From contig NC_083278.1 of assembly GCF_963506605.1 (NCBI RefSeq), positions 53,258,001 through 53,322,000 of the forward strand: 64,000 nucleotides of DNA, read 5' to 3'. The notes below the pieces were generated by a model that had not been told where the DNA came from, did not search any database, and saw only the letters and a program-made list of their open reading frames with translations. Both the position numbers and the translations under genes were made by a program. Position 1 is the stretch's first letter; the number at the start of each line of letters is the position of its first letter. Shown one piece after another: positions 1 through 14,288 of the stretch. Source of the stretch: Zootoca vivipara. Taxonomy: Eukaryota.

Positions 1-477
1 TTTTTTTCCTTTAGTGTGAAAGCAGGCTTTTTAATGAGGGCTTCTATCCATGTGTTTTCTTACGCTAAAGCAGTAAACTAAAATTTGGTGAGTGCTCTTA
101 TGCTCCAAGCTGGTACCCACCAGACACTTTGGACCACAATTCCAATCATCCCTTGGCCTTGGGCTCCGCTAGTTTTGTCTGATGGCAGCTGAAGTCCAAA
201 ATATGTGGAGGGCGCCAGGTTGGGGGAAGGCTGACCTAAAGGATAATTAAGGTGATGAAAGATCAGGTCACATTGTTAGGGCCAATGACTACTTTCTGTG
301 TACGATACTTCATATGTTTTCCTTTTGGCAGAGAAAAATGTTATCCTTACTTATCAGGTTTCAAATTCCAAATATGCCTCTGCTAGTACCTTGTATTTTC
401 ACGATTATCTTACCTGGTGTGTCCTGGGCTAACAGATTTCCCTCAGCAGAATGCCGGATTTAGTTGGCTGTTATTTT

Positions 478-780
478 ATTGGCCAAGGGAGCCGGCGTAC
501 AGCTTCCAGGTCATGTGGCCAGCATGACAAAGCCGCTCCTGCCAACCTAACAGTTCGAAAGCACGTCAAAATGCAAGTAGATAAATAGGAACCGCTACAG
601 CGGGAAGGTAAACGGCGTTTCCATATGCTGCTCTGGTTTGCCAGAAGTGGCTTTGTCATGCTGGCCACATGACCTGGAAGCTGTACGCCGGCTCCCTTGG
701 CCAATAATGCGAGATGAGCGCGCAACCCCAGAGTCGGTCACGACTGGACCTAGTGGTCAGGGGTCCCCTTTACCCTTTAC
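478..780 (-). mobile_element. Sauria SINE, 3'-truncated, with a ~60 bp inverted duplication at its left end
   Basis: Reverse complement starts GTAAAGGGTAAAGGGGACCCCTGACCA...GTCCAGTCGTGACCGACTCTGGGGTTGCG, near-identical to the copy at 5695. Confidence 0.9.
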
Positions 781-2416
781 TATTTTATTTTTATATTGTT
801 TCAGTGCATGCATCACCTTGTGGCCATATCTTGCTTTTTTGTTGCACATGTTTTCAAAGATCAAATAATAAATAAATATACCAACAACAGAAAAAGCAAA
901 ACCTGCAGCTGGAGAGTTAATAGTTGAGAAGAGACAGCCTAATGTAGCCCCAAAGCCAACTAGATTTTAAAGAGTGGTGTTTTCCCTTGCCATAAGGCAT
1001 TGAAAATTATACAGCCCCTCCTTGGGAAGATGTAATCCTTGATCAGTACTAATTTTATGAAAAGGTCTGAAGAGTTATATGGGCTTAGTAAATACCACTT
1101 CTTACACTTCTTACATTATTAGAGGGAGTGGCTGCATTCAGATGATCATATCTAGGCTTATTAAAGCCAGAAGTTCCCTTTTGTTTGTTTTTTGCGTGTG
1201 TGCGCTCACACACACACATGCATCCCCTTTTCAGTGAACTGAGATTGAACCAAGAAGTCTCTCAGTAACCAAACAGACAAACTATGGTTTCCTGCTTCAG
1301 GGAAAAAAGCTAGGATTTTGAACCATAATTTGAAGATAGTTTAACTTCAAGCAGCTGCTTGTTCCAAAGCTGCTAACCATAGTTTCATGGTTTTGACAAA
1401 GGGGGATTCAAGGATTTTCCTAGCTCTGCCTACCTGAGAAACTCACACTGGAGACATACCAGGGATTAATTTGGAACCTTCTGCATGAAAAGCACAAGTG
1501 ACATATGAGTCTCTCCTAGCACTGTATCTCGATTCCCATTTGTCACTCTGGAGTTGGCTGGAAAGGAAGCAACATATATAAGCAGTTAGCTGTCTGAGGC
1601 AACTTGCATGCTCGTACATGTGACAGCAAGTTTGGGGGAGCAGAAAAGGAGAGAGTAAACCCTAGAAAGAAATATAATAGACTCAGAAAGAATTTACAAA
1701 AAAAATTAGAAGTGAGAATGACAACCTAAAAATGTTGGAGTCTTACGGCTGGGCAACCCTGCAGTTTTCACTTGCTCAGTCTTTCCGAGGTTACTAACGT
1801 AATAAATGTTTCTTCCCCAAGAATGTTGCTTTTAGGAAAGAGCTTTATGCCAAATAGCATTCATTTGCTTCATGAAAGCTGAATGTGTGCTGTGGTTCAG
1901 AAGCAGTGTTTCTTAACAGGCTCTGACATCACTGAAAAGGCTACTAGCGACTATCTCATGTCAAACAGTGTTTAAAAGGACCGACTGCCCCATAGTAACT
2001 GTGTGGCTCATACTATGTCTGGAAACAAGCACAGGCTTAGCCTCACGTACACTCTATTTTAAGGATCAGTCATTTCAGAAACTTTATCCTCTTTTCCTGT
2101 TAACTTAAAAGTATTACACAAAACCATAAACGCAGCAATATATCTCAGGTTCTGCCACCAAGAAACTGTCCTCAGCTTCCTTGGTTTATTTTCTACCTCA
2201 GAGTCCCACTTTTGGTCAGTGAAGAGTATTTCCTCTGCCACCTTACCCCCAAACGAACTCATTACAGTAAAGTCAACAAATGATCTTAAATGTAGCATAG
2301 TTAACAATACAGTACAGGTAAAAACTATAAGCTCTGCAATCCTCTGAGTCCAAATTTAGCACTAACACTATTAGCACACTGCCTGCCTGCCTGCCTCTGC
2401 TCTACTCCAACTATAT

Positions 2417-2584
2417 TACAGTTGAACCTCCGTTTATGTAACCCTCTGGTTATGTAAACTTCAGGATACGCACACAGCAAACCACAATTCCACAATTGTA
2501 GAAGTGGTCCTCAGGTTGTGGAAACCTCGGGATCTGACCGGACCTCTGGAATGGATCCCGTCAGAAACCGGAGGTACCACTGTA
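2417..2584. mobile_element. Tc1/mariner (Tigger/pogo-like) MITE
   Basis: TA-flanked imperfect terminal inverted repeats tacagttgaacctcc...ggaggtaccactgta. Confidence 0.7.
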
Positions 2585-2776
2585 CATTCTAAAGGCAAGG
2601 GAGAGATTTTCAGGCTATAAAGGACCATTAAAATTGTTCCTTACTTATTTATGGTAAGCTACCTAGAGATATATATGCAATGAGGTGACACATAAATACC
2701 GTAAACAGACAAAGAAAGATATTTAGTCAACGTCCCAATACAGCAGACACACAAGCAGAGTAACAGGCCCATTCGT

Positions 2777-3195
2777 GTTAGGCAAGGTAGTCCAGACTCG
2801 TGACACTATTAATGCAAGAGGTTGGAAGGTGTAAAATAGTGGGTAAGAAGGATGAAGACACAGCTCTCAAAACAACCAGCTCTTTATTCTAGCTCTGAGT
2901 CCAGGCTGAACAGTAGCTTAGCCAACTGGCTTATATACCAGTAGTACTCAGTAACTTGCAACAGTAACAAACTTCCCCTAGTTACCCAATCCGTGAACAG
3001 CACTCTCAATCCTTCATTTGTATGTTGTGGACCTGAGTGAGAACTGCAGCAACAGTGGGCAGGGTAAGAACTGCAGCCACGGTGGCCAGAAGGAGTACTG
3101 CAGTTAACTTAATACATAATACCCATTGTGGACCTGAGTGAGAACTGCAGCCACAGTGGCCAGAAGGAGTACTGCAGTTAACTTAATACATAACA
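2777..3195 (-). mobile_element. Probable solo LTR with internal tandem duplication
   Basis: TGTTA...TAACA ends; minus-strand AATAAA near 2883 and TATA-like site near 2931; block ttgtggacctgagtgagaactgcag...cttaatacataa repeated at ~3025-3119 and ~3126-3192. Confidence 0.55.
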
Positions 3196-5694
3196 GAAGG
3201 TAACTTTAACGTGCCACTCACAGTTCATCTCCCCATGTCTATTTTACTCTCACAATAACCCCATGACTCACGGGCCATGATTTAGGTTATACTGAGAGAC
3301 AGTCAAAAATCCAAGGTCATTCAGTCCAGTCTCAAATCCAAATCCTACTCCTACACCCTGACCACTGTAGCTCTCATGAGCCATGGAGTAGCAAGAAGAG
3401 GAACGTATCTTTGGAGGGTTTGCATTATACAAAGAGGACCACGCTTTCCAAATCATCCTCTTTAGGTTTAGTCTGTGGTGTTATTGCTTAGATTTATATC
3501 CCATTTTGCAATTTGGCTCAGAGTGGCTTGCGGATAATACACAACCATGGGGGGAAACCTACAAAGCTATGCAACTGCCGGACAAAATGATTTCAAAATA
3601 ATCTCAGTAGCCCTAGATTCAAACAATCAAAGAATGAACACAGGCAAGGTGACGTCAAAGCGTCTGTTTTATTCAGGAGGGTGATGACATGACTGTATTA
3701 AAAGACCTAATGAAGAACGAAAACCATAAAGCAGACAGGATGCCCTTGATTGTGTTTATAAGCAAAGAAAAATAATTTAGATTTGGTTTTGGTTGAATCA
3801 CGGGCCTTAGCTCAGCCCATTACACTATTAGCAAATATTTATATCACAAGCGTGCTTTAAACATATTTCCTGGGCAGAATCATTAACAGTTTCCCCACAG
3901 CTTGTATCTGAGACAGTGAGACACTATCATAAAAGGTATAAAGGAAGCTGGAGAGCTACTGGATAGGATATCCCAGGAACGTCTCTTATGTTGACTCTTC
4001 TGAAATGAATGGGGACTGTGTGAGAGCGCCGCTTTTTTCTTACTGGACTCAGGCACAGTTGAAATAAATATGCCATTGCACAAGAACACAGCTGTGTCCT
4101 TCTTAGTCACCTCCCATCCATCTCAGTTTTCAGGAGGGCTAACGTAAGATATGTTCCCAATGGACTGCTTGCTCTTACGTCCTAACCTGTTGTGCTTCTC
4201 TTTGCTTTTTTTTTTATAAAAAAAAATCGTTTCCGTGATTTCTTTGCCTTTTGAGAACTTTTTGAATCTCTGTTTCCTTGCTAATCAGCTATTGGTGACT
4301 TTACCATGAAAATATTTTGCAATGACTACAAGTCTCTAGGTGTTAATCTATTTTTGCATGGCGTAGTCATTTCAAACTTGCTAATCCTTGCCAAACGGCA
4401 AAAGCGATCCAAGCATAGCCCATCGAAGTGCTGCCTTCCAGATACTGCTCTCTCTCTCTTTTTAAGGCATAACATTAGTTGCAAATAATTTCTCTGGGTC
4501 TTTGCACCCAGAATTCTTGCTGCCAAAGACCTGGATAATCAACAGCAAGTGATGAAACAAGAAAAGGGAGATGTAGCGATAGCAGCAACAGCACCTTTAG
4601 GAGAGCTTTAATAACAGTGCGTCTGGAGTCTAATTATACTATATGTGCATACTGTAGAGAGCTGCTTATGCTGCACAAAAAATAGCATTTATTTGCCATG
4701 GGTGACAGTGACTCACAGAACAATCATGCAAAAATAGACAAGCCAGCACAACACGAATGATTCCTCGCATGTTGCATGAACACACATGCCTTGGTTGCAT
4801 CAGGGCAGCCCCCGTGATCCTCACATCTTGCTAGCCATAACACACACCCAGGCAGATGTAAACCTGATGGGACTTTCACAGCAGTCTGCTACTGTGCAAG
4901 CACATAATTTTAGAAGAGGAAAGCACCCACCTTTGGAGAAATTGACCCTAAAGTAAGTAAGTAAGTAAATGTCACAAACATAGGCATTCCCTGCACATTC
5001 CATTATTTCAAGGCCCTGTCTATCTGGGAACATGAGAAGCTGCCATATAGCAAGACAGACCATTGATCAATCTAGCTCAGTATTATCTACACTGACTGGC
5101 AGCAGCACTGTAGGCTATCAGACAGAGGTCTTTCTCAGTCCCGCCTTGAGATTCCAGGGACTGACCTTGGAACCTTCTTCAGGCAAAGCAGATGCTGTAC
5201 CACTGAGCTATGCCCTCCCTCTTTACCCCAGTATATATGTAATTTGCAAATACTGACGTATTTGTATATTAACTCATCATAGCACATATCTCCTTGATGA
5301 AACCAGATTCCTGCTGACACTACAATTCATCAGCTTTGTTGAATTAAGTAAATCAAATACTTTTTATTGGGTTTTGAATAAATCTGCAATTAATTGCGAC
5401 TGCTTTGAATTTTATAGTGTTGTTATCTTCCTTTGTGGGTCTTGCCTTATTCTGATTGCTGCTTTTCTAGGGTAGGAGGCACGGGAGATGAGCTTATGGA
5501 AACAAGGGGGTGGTGCCCCAGAAAAGTTTGGGAACCAGCCACTGGTTTAGAAGCTCCTTTCTCTCTCCTCTCCCAAGACCTGGCCCCATGTATCACAAAC
5601 CAAAATGAGGAATAGATTCCCTACATATTATACAGGCACTACAAAGAACCAGGCAATTGTAAAGTGGAAATATTCTACTACATTGTCTCATAAA

Positions 5695-6138
5695 AGGTAA
5701 AGGGACCCCTGACCATTAGGTCCAGTCGTGACCGACTCTGGGGTTGCGCGCTCATCTCGCATTATTGGCCGAGGGAGCCGGCGTATAGCTTCCAGGTCAT
5801 GTGGCCAGCATGACAAAGCCGCTTCTGGAAAACCAGAGCAGCACATGGAAACGCCGTTTACCTTCCCGCTGTAGCAATTCCTATTTATCTACTTGCATTT
5901 TGACGTGCTTTCGAACTGCTAGGTTGGCAGGAGCTGGGACTGAGCAACGGGAGTTCACCCCGTCACAGGGATTCGAACCGCCGATCTTCTGATCAGCAAG
6001 CCCTAGGCTCAGTGGTTTAACCATAGCTGCCAAGTTATCCCTTTTTTACAGGGATTTTCCCTTATGCTGAATAGGCTTCCTCACGAGAAAAGCTAAAACT
6101 TGGCAGCTATGGTTTAACCACAGCACCACCTGGGTCCC
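5695..6138 (+). mobile_element. Full-length Sauria SINE interrupted by a 90 bp MITE
   Basis: Canonical AAGGTAAAGGGACCCCTGACC head, conserved body and GTGGTTTAACCACAGCACCACC tail. Confidence 0.92.
6022..6111. mobile_element. ~90 bp palindromic MITE family A (hAT-like)
   Basis: TIR CATAGCTGCCAAGTT...AACTTGGCAGCTATG; flanking duplication gtttaac. Confidence 0.85.
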
Positions 6139-6236
6139 AGAACCTAATTGATCTGTGCATGAGTCCCGCACCTTTGCTCAGTAGAGGAGACGTGTTTAAT
6201 TTAACATAACATTTGTGAGTTTAAAGTAATAATGAT

Positions 6237-6238
<2 letters not shown>

Positions 6239-6312
<74 letters not shown>
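6239..6312. repeat. Compound (TC)n(AC)n microsatellite
   Basis: Seen directly. Confidence 0.97.
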
Positions 6313-6317
<5 letters not shown>

Positions 6318-6859
6318 TCCAGATTCCTGACAGCACTTATGGAACCAGGCAGTGCACTGAACACCATGTTAAATGATATATGACTTCTCCTGTGGAAATA
6401 ATAATAATATCAGAATGTTCCGCCAATTGAGCCATCTGATTAGCTTCAGGTGCTTTAGAAAAGAAGTGGTATGCACATATCTCGAAAAGTACTGAGGCAG
6501 GCCTCGCAGAGTGTAACTAAGCTGCTCTGACCATAATCTCTGTGTTCCCAGTGGATGTCACTGTGACGAGGGGAAACAATCAAAGCTCTGTCACAAAACA
6601 GGCCAGTGCATTTGATAGCAGCATGGACTTCTCGGGACAGAGGGCTTTTGGCACTACTGCCTGATGTTATTGACTAGGGAGCATGCTACTTCAGTTCAGC
6701 TTCGTTAACCATTTTCAAGTGGCAAAGAGAAAATGCTCGCTAATAAGCTAATTTCAAGAAATGTTTCGCTTTCCCTACTCAGCCCATCTTTCTTGAGGAA
6801 TCTATCCATTTTCTGGTTGGGAGGGGGAATCCCTTTAATACATCAATTAAAAGGTCTAT

Positions 6860-7352
6860 ACAAGATATCTTTATTGTCATTGTCCCCTTGCGGGAACAAC
6901 GAAATTACTCGGTTGCTACATCCACTCAGATAAAGCATTCCGCATAATCCAGAATTACAAAACCTAGTTAAAAACAGTAAATATAATACAAAATAACAAG
7001 TAAAATAAGATGACTTCAAAGTCCAGGCTTTCCATTTAAGGCCAGAATCGCTCTAGAGAAGAAACTGTTCCTGAGACAGCTCGTTCTTGCCTGCATTGTT
7101 CTATATCTCCGTCCCGATGGCAGGAGCTCAAAGAAATGGTGACCAGGGTGCGTTGGATCTCTTGATATATCTAGTGCTTTTCTATGGCACCTGGTGGTGT
7201 AAATTTGTTCTAAGGTGGTGAGTGAGCAGCCAATAATGCTCTCTGCTGTTTTAATAATTCTACACAGCCCTGCTCTATCCTGGGAAGTACAGCTTCCGTA
7301 CCACACACATAAACCGTACGTGAGCACGCTCTGTATGGCACAGTGATAGAAG
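6860..7352 (-). mobile_element. Rex1/Babar LINE 3' fragment (ORF2 C-terminus plus 3' UTR)
   Basis: ORF 7016-7327 LTYGLCVWYGSCT...DPTHPGHHFFELLPSGRRYR...LRNSFF is the typical Rex1 C-terminus; AATAAA tail near 6870. Confidence 0.9.
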
Positions 7353-8295
7353 TGATAGAATACCTGTACAGTATTGCTATTCTATGCAGAATATGATTCC
7401 TTGTTACTGCTTTTTATAAATCTAGTTTTTTTATTTTGTGTGTGTACAGTTTAATGATGAGGAAGTGTGATCCAATCAGCAGCAAGTGTAGGAGGGGCTG
7501 TGTCTAGGGCCAGGCTAGCCAATGAGGTGTCCTCCAGATGTTGTGGACCAATACCCATCAGCCAGCAGGCCCAATGGTCAGGTGCGGTGGGAGTTGTAGT
7601 CTACAGCGTCTGGAGGCACCACATTGGCATAGGGGCAGCCACCAACCCAACAGTTTAATGTGCAAAGTTGTTAATTTCTGGTAATACACCAAGAGAGATG
7701 GCCTAGAGATTCAGCTGCTCTTTCATAGCAGTCTTTGTATCTGCCTGAAATGACCCTCTCACCCTTATGTGCATAATAGAAGGTAATGTGGCTAAGAAGG
7801 AAAATGACAAAACCCGGAAAAAGACAAACCCACCATCGTCTTTCACATCATCTGGGGTAAATGAATTATGGCCTGCAACCAACAATGGATAGCTGCATCA
7901 GCTAGACCGGTAGAGCCCAAGAAAACAATGAAAAATATTGGTCAGCAACTTGGACACTGACCTCTATACTTAAATCACCTAATGCTGTACACGTAACAGT
8001 TGTATAGAAGCCACTAAAAATCTAAATTGGAATATGTGTCATAGTTTTGAAATGGAGCTTCAAGGCAGCCTTTGAAATGGAGTTTTAAGGCAGCCTTTGT
8101 TCACATCTATTTTTTAACCACAAAATGGTATTCTTCTGTTTTGAAAGACACACCCACTGCTATCTGATGGCACTGTTGTAATTTCTTTTAAATCATTGCA
8201 TTGCTTCTTCCATCCCCTCCCCCCCCCAAAAAGACAGCAAGCATCCATTTGGGGCTGCCTGTTCTCAAAGGAGGAACCAAAGATCATGATATATG

Positions 8296-8385
8296 CATAG
8301 CTGCCAAGTTTTCCCTTTTCTTGCGAGGAAGCCTATTCAGCATAAGGGAAAATCCCTGTAAAAAGGGGATAACTTGGCAGCTATG
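8296..8385. mobile_element. MITE family A copy
   Basis: Same TIRs as 6022; 8 bp TSD gatatatg. Confidence 0.88.
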
Positions 8386-8719
8386 GATATATGTATGCCT
8401 ATAGTAAATGAACCACAAAAGGTATATCTTTTAGAATTAAATTCATACACAGCAATAAAATACACTGGAGGGCAAAATTCTCAGCAAGATCTAAAAGCCT
8501 TCTCTTTATTTAAGATTAAATTGAATGAAATCACTGTATTTTGAGAGTATTTCTTACAGTTAGGTTGTTCTGTAATCCACCTAAGTCCTTTTTTAAAGCA
8601 AAGCAATCTGCACATTGCGTGTGCCCATTTGAATTATTTTTATTAATTTAAAAATAATTTTATACCAGATTTCATTTAAAAGAAAACTCCAAGGAGTGGT
8701 ACAATACTAACAATATTAA

Positions 8720-8838
8720 TATTCCCTGTTTAGGGAAGCTTTTAATGTTTAATAAATTATTGTCTTTTAATATTTCTGTTGAAAGCCACCCAGAGTGGCT
8801 GGGGAAACCCAGCCAGATGGGCGGGGTATAAATAATAA

Positions 8839-8871
<33 letters not shown>
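8720..8871 (+). mobile_element. L2 LINE 3' tail ending in (ATT)n
   Basis: AAGCCACCCAGAGTGGCTGGGG...GGGGTATAAATAATAAA(TTA)n; same tail at 28445. Confidence 0.75.
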
Positions 8872-8872
<1 letters not shown>

Positions 8873-9039
8873 GTATTTATTACAAAGAACAATTCAATAT
8901 AATTACAGAATAAAGTAAGCAAAGAAATAGCTGGAAAACGATCAGGGCGAATAAATACACCTGAATAGATGGTGAGAGCAGACTACTGTAGATGCCTGTT
9001 GCATCTGAGAGGGAGACCATAAAATAGGTATCACCACCT

Positions 9040-9640
9040 GGATCACGTCAGGATGGATTAGTTCTGGTCATGGCATCCTCCAAATATAGCATGTTCACAC
9101 AAGAGACGAAGTTCTTTCACATAAGCAGCTCCCAAGTTACTTGGAGCCTTAGAGGCCAATAGAAGAATCTTAAAGTTGGCTCTGTAACAAACTGGCAAAC
9201 AGCACAGTTCCTTCAAAAAAGGTTTTACATGAATGTGGTAAGAAGATCTAGATGGAAACCTAGCCACTGTATTTGGCACCAGTGTCAACTTCCCAACAAC
9301 CTCTAAGGGCAGTGACACACAAGAGTGTTTTACAGTAGCCCAGTCTTGAGTTTACCAATGCATGGACCACTTTGGCAATGCTATCCTTATCTATGAACTG
9401 CTTTGGTTGGTGTAAAGGTAAAAGGTGCTCTAGGCACCGCAGCTGCTTGAGCCTCTGGTAACAATGATGAATCAAGGAGCATCCCCACCCCCACCACCAA
9501 AAAAATCCCTTTTGTGTCTGCTTTTTCAGGGAGAGTTCAGCTACATCAAGAAAACGCAGTCCACCCAATTGCTCGATCCAGAAACCACTCATCCACAGGG
9601 CACCTGTCATTTCATCCAGACACATTTGAGTAGCTTATAA
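9040..9640 (-). mobile_element. Degraded L2 LINE ORF2 fragment
   Basis: Frameshifted peptides VVHALVNSRLGYC and HVKPFLKELCCLPVCYRANFKILL match L2 C-terminal motifs. Confidence 0.8.
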
Positions 9641-12600
9641 CAAATAGAGAGAGAAAGAGAGAAAGAGAGCGCTAAGTGTCATTTCGAGAACACCAAATCT
9701 CTTAATGACACTGGCGGAGGAAGACGAGTGGGGGGGACGTACCATCCCCGGCAGCGCGATCCCGGTGGGGTGCCATCACAGCTCCCCCCCCACCCGCGCG
9801 AGGCACCATGCCCCCACAGGTGGCATGTCACACCCCCAGGACACATGCTAGCCCTGCCCACACCTGCTTTGTGCCCCCGGTGCCAGAGCATGAAGCTCCT
9901 CCCCTGCTTAATGACAACATCATATAGCTGTTGGTTCTCTGTGTTAGGGGGGAAAGGGACAGTCACCCAACAATTATCATTGAGGATTGATTACCAGCGA
10001 ACTGACTCATGAGAAATAATTTTGGCAAGGTAGGTGATCATTTTGGGGAGGTCTCTCCCCTAATTGGCGTAGTATTTCCTTCAAAACTGGAAGCTTCTGC
10101 AGAATAGCAAGTCTTGGCAATTTCCAGGAAATGATTCTTCGTAGTTGTTTTGTTAATGCAAGTTTGTTCGTTAGTAGCATAGTGGAGCAAATAGATTTCC
10201 AGCCCCTGCTGATTTGGTACGCATTAGCAATATCAGTTGGAAAAGGGAACTCTTGCTGAGACTTGCCCAGATGTTCACTGAGTCAGTTTGTGAAAATGTT
10301 CACAGCTGTTGTGGGATGCGTTCCTACCAATTCCTTCCCTTAACCAGTGTATTGTGGATCTCTATAAAATAAAGATGAATGAGGTGTGTGTGTATGAGAA
10401 AAAGAGCAGTTCAGCCAAAAAATGCAAGGATCCTTCATGGATTTTCTCCCCAATTCCATCTCCATTCCAGACTTCATGCCAAAATGGAAACAGATCGGAA
10501 AAAAGCCTTCAGACTGCAATCCTGACCTAGTTTTTCACTTACAAAATGCATTGATTTCAGAGGGACTTGAACATGCACTGCAGCATCCACAATTGCCACC
10601 CTAATAATTAAGAACCTTTAATAATAGGCTTTACAACTCCAGTCTAAGAAGCTTTAAAATGTTGCACAGTCAGTGCAGGAGGTATACTTCATGATTTTGC
10701 CAGGAAGCTATTGAAGGTGCGGGCGCATCCTTTGTGTTTAGCTATTGGCACCTGCATTTAAGAAGATCCTGCTTGTTCTAAGTGGCAGGGGGACAAAAGA
10801 GCTCAGCCCTAACTCAGTTATTTCCTCAATTATTTATCCCATAGACGTCTAGAGAGATGACATTCTGTATTCAACCCTCTTAAGAGTGCTCACACTTTCA
10901 GAAGTTGATGAAAATTCATTTCCACTCTCCAACTTCAATGCATGGAGGTAAGGGGATGGAACCAACAAAATTTTCATTCTCCCCCTCTGTATGTACACCG
11001 GCATGTAAACAAAGTCTTTTATTTCTTAGTTGTAACCTGAAAAGATTCCTTCATTAGGATATCTATAGCAGGTTAAGGTAGCAACACCTTATCAGTTCTG
11101 CCTTCTCACTGCACATGTTGGGTTTTGCCCATATTTTGTTGGTGTTTTATGACTTCTCACTGCAGGCCAATGTCCAGTATGCTCAGAAACCATTCTTCCC
11201 CATAGCCTCTTGCATACATTTGGCCTTTGAAAACCTGTCAACTCCCTTTCCTATAATCGTTTTTCAACCACAGACTTCCCTCCCCCCCTTATAATGCTTA
11301 GCTGACGCACTAATTTCAAGCTGTCCGAAATGGAGAAGGCCTGCAGACTGAATCATCAACCTTGTGTATTAGAGCACCTGGACTTTCATTTGAGGCTTCT
11401 CCATTCAAACACTTTGCTAAACAGGCCTGGCCTTGTTTACTTTATGTGCCGTGGCACCATCGCAGCCCAAGGTGATATGGCTTCTGGCCAAGGGTCTCGA
11501 GCGTATGGAGGCACTTATTCTGCACACAAACACAAAACCTTTAAACATTATTGTTCCTCTGTCGCTCACTGAATCTCATATACCCATCTGTCTAAGGAAT
11601 GCTTTCAAATCAAATGGAGAGCTTATTGTACAAATGTCTGTTTAATTTTAATGCTGGCTTTTGTGAGTGTGCAGAACAATAAAGGAATGTGAAATGGAAG
11701 GCCTGTGGATCAAAGGGGAATTCGATGCCATGCTTATCACGTAATAGAGCTGCTAAACATACTGGCAGAGGGAGCTCTTGTATCTGATTGCATGGCAAAT
11801 GTCTTAACTTTGCAAAGAGGTGCTTGCAAAACACACACACAGAGACCTTTTTTTAAAAAAAAACCCGGGTTGAACTAATAGTGCTCTCACAATAGGTGCA
11901 ATTCACCATACAAGTCTACTGAAACAGAAATGAGATTTATGCCAAGATACAGGCAGGTATGTTCTGGTAAAGAATTCATTCAATGGGCCTTGTGAAAGAG
12001 AACTTCCTGGCGAGTGTGCACTTATGTTTCCCAAGAAATGTGCGGGTGCTGCATCTCCCTTAGCGGTTGATGCAAGCAAAACAAAAAGATGCAAAACAAA
12101 GAGTGATCCATTATATGAGGAGTACAATACTAGCAGTGCTGCTCGCACCCCTAGGCTGTGTACACACGATGTCATTAAAGCACATTCAAAGCACATTCTT
12201 TTCCTCAAAGAATTCTGGGCACTGTAGTTTATTTATTTAATAAATTTGTATTATCAGTTCCCAGCACCCTTAACAAACCTTGATTCTCAGGATTCCTTGG
12301 GGGAAGTAACAATATTGAAATCTATGTTATGGTGTGTATGGTATGTACATTATTTAAACTCATGGTATGTACAGCAAATACAATAAGCTCATTAAAACAG
12401 CAGCAGAGGGTCAAAAAACAAGGGTTTTGTTTTATGGTTCACAGAGTTTACAATTCCCAGAAACTCTTAATGAACTACGGTGCTCAGAATACTTTGAGGG
12501 AAAGAAGGTGTTTTAAAGGTATGCTTTAAGGTTGGTGAGTATTATGATGCAGATGAGAATATTTGTCCTCTTGTGCAAAAACCTCCTTGCACCTGATGAC

Positions 12601-12856
12601 CTCCCTTACTTGGGGCATAACAGTGTATTCCTGCATACGCCTATTCAAAAGTAAGCTTCGTTGAATTAAATGAGACTAATCCCCAAGCAAGTGCATTTAG
12701 GGCTGCAGTGTGAGCACCCAGTCACAGATGTCATTTTGGGCTATACTTTTCCCTAATTGTTCCCTTACATGCAATACATACATACATGTGTCACACTCAT
12801 CTATTATTTTTCTATGCAGCTGTCCTGCCTGATTGTCCACACTGATTTCTATAGAG

Positions 12857-13183
12857 CAGGCATGTCCAACAGGTAGATCATGATCTACCAATAGATCACT
12901 GGACGTCTGTGGTAGATCACTGCAGTGGCTCCCCCCAAAGAAGCTGAACAACTCTCCTAAAAAAGGCTCAACATTCTGGCCCTTCACCCCCCAAAAACGG
13001 GCCTTCCCTCCTTCCTAAAAGAAGTTCAACAATTTGACCTGAACCCCACATAACAGGGCTTTACTACCTAAACACCCAAGAAACGGGCTCAACAGCTTTG
13101 ACCTGAACCCCAAAAAGGGGGGTAGATCACTGTCAGTCTTTAACTCTGTTAGATTGCAGTCTCTTGGGAGTTGGCCATCCCTG
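12857..13183. mobile_element. Non-autonomous hAT-like DNA element with short internal repeats
   Basis: Imperfect TIRs caggg(c)atgtccaac...gttggccatccctg; repeated gtagatca and tttgacctgaacccc units. Confidence 0.55.
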
Positions 13184-13339
13184 CTATGGAATTACCAATC
13201 ATGTAGAATCTGAACATTCTTACTTCCTATAAAATGCTCAGAAATTTCCACTCTGTTTGACTGGAAGGAGAAGTCCATGCATCAGAAAACTGAAATGTAA
13301 TCAGTGGAGTTGTCTCTAATGTGTAAATGTAAAGATGAG

Positions 13340-13645
13340 GTGAAGTGATGGGGTGAGCTCCTGTTGCTCTGTCCCAGCTTCTGCCAACTTAGCAGTTCAA
13401 AAGCACACCAGTACAAGTAGATAAATAGGTACTGCTGCGGTGGGAAGGTAAACAGCCTTTCCGTGCACTCTGGTTTCGGTCACGGTGTCCCGTTGTACCA
13501 GAAGCGGTTTAGCCATGTTGGCCACATGACTTGGAAAGCTGTCTGTGGACAAACACCAGCTCCCTCGGCCCGAAAGCAAGATGAGCGCCACAACCCCATA
13601 GTCACCTTTGACTAGACCTAACTGTCCAGGGGTCCTTTACCTTTT
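13340..13645 (-). mobile_element. Sauria SINE (older subfamily)
   Basis: Reverse complement matches the head GGTAAAGGACCCCTGGACAGTT and body. Confidence 0.88.
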
Positions 13646-14288
13646 TTTTACCTAAAAGTAAATAAGTACCGTACTTTGCTATTTGGTTTAGATTACTGAT
13701 TTCATTAGATGTCACTTTTATTGATACTTGTTCCTGGCAATAATGACCTGAATTCATACCACAGTGTAAAAGCCTTATACTAAAGGTAATGGTTGAAAGC
13801 AAAGGACTTGAAAAAGCTAAGATTTGAGCTCATGTGTGAGGCATTTTCTTGTGTACTTTGACTGAAGTTGCTGCAGCACTTCAGGTTTCTCTTTTTCTTT
13901 CTCCCGGGAGACAAAAACAAACAACAGTGAGGAAGGAAGGCATTTAAGGATAACCAAACATTTTGTTCTTCAAATTTCAGTGCTCATAAAACAAACTTTT
14001 CATACAAACTTTTCACGCGAGGTCTGATTTCAAAATGCCTTTATGAGATTTCCAGATTTATGTGAACTTTCTTTATTAAAACATTTAATGTGTTTGTAGT
14101 TTTGAGTTATAGCTTGAAAACCATGCTCTATCAAGCACTCCCCTCCATGCTTCACCAATCAATCAATCAATCAATCAATACTGGGAACAATTGCATCACA
14201 AATTATAAGTAGCTGATTTGGTTAGATTTTCCAAATAGAAAGGTGAGGAAGGTAATGAGAACATGAAGTGAGAGGGATGTGGGAGGAA

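Noticed and set aside
3883-4110. QHKRRSW identical to a stretch of SHLD3 as recalled
   Set aside because: Seven-residue match without convincing flanking similarity or an intact frame.
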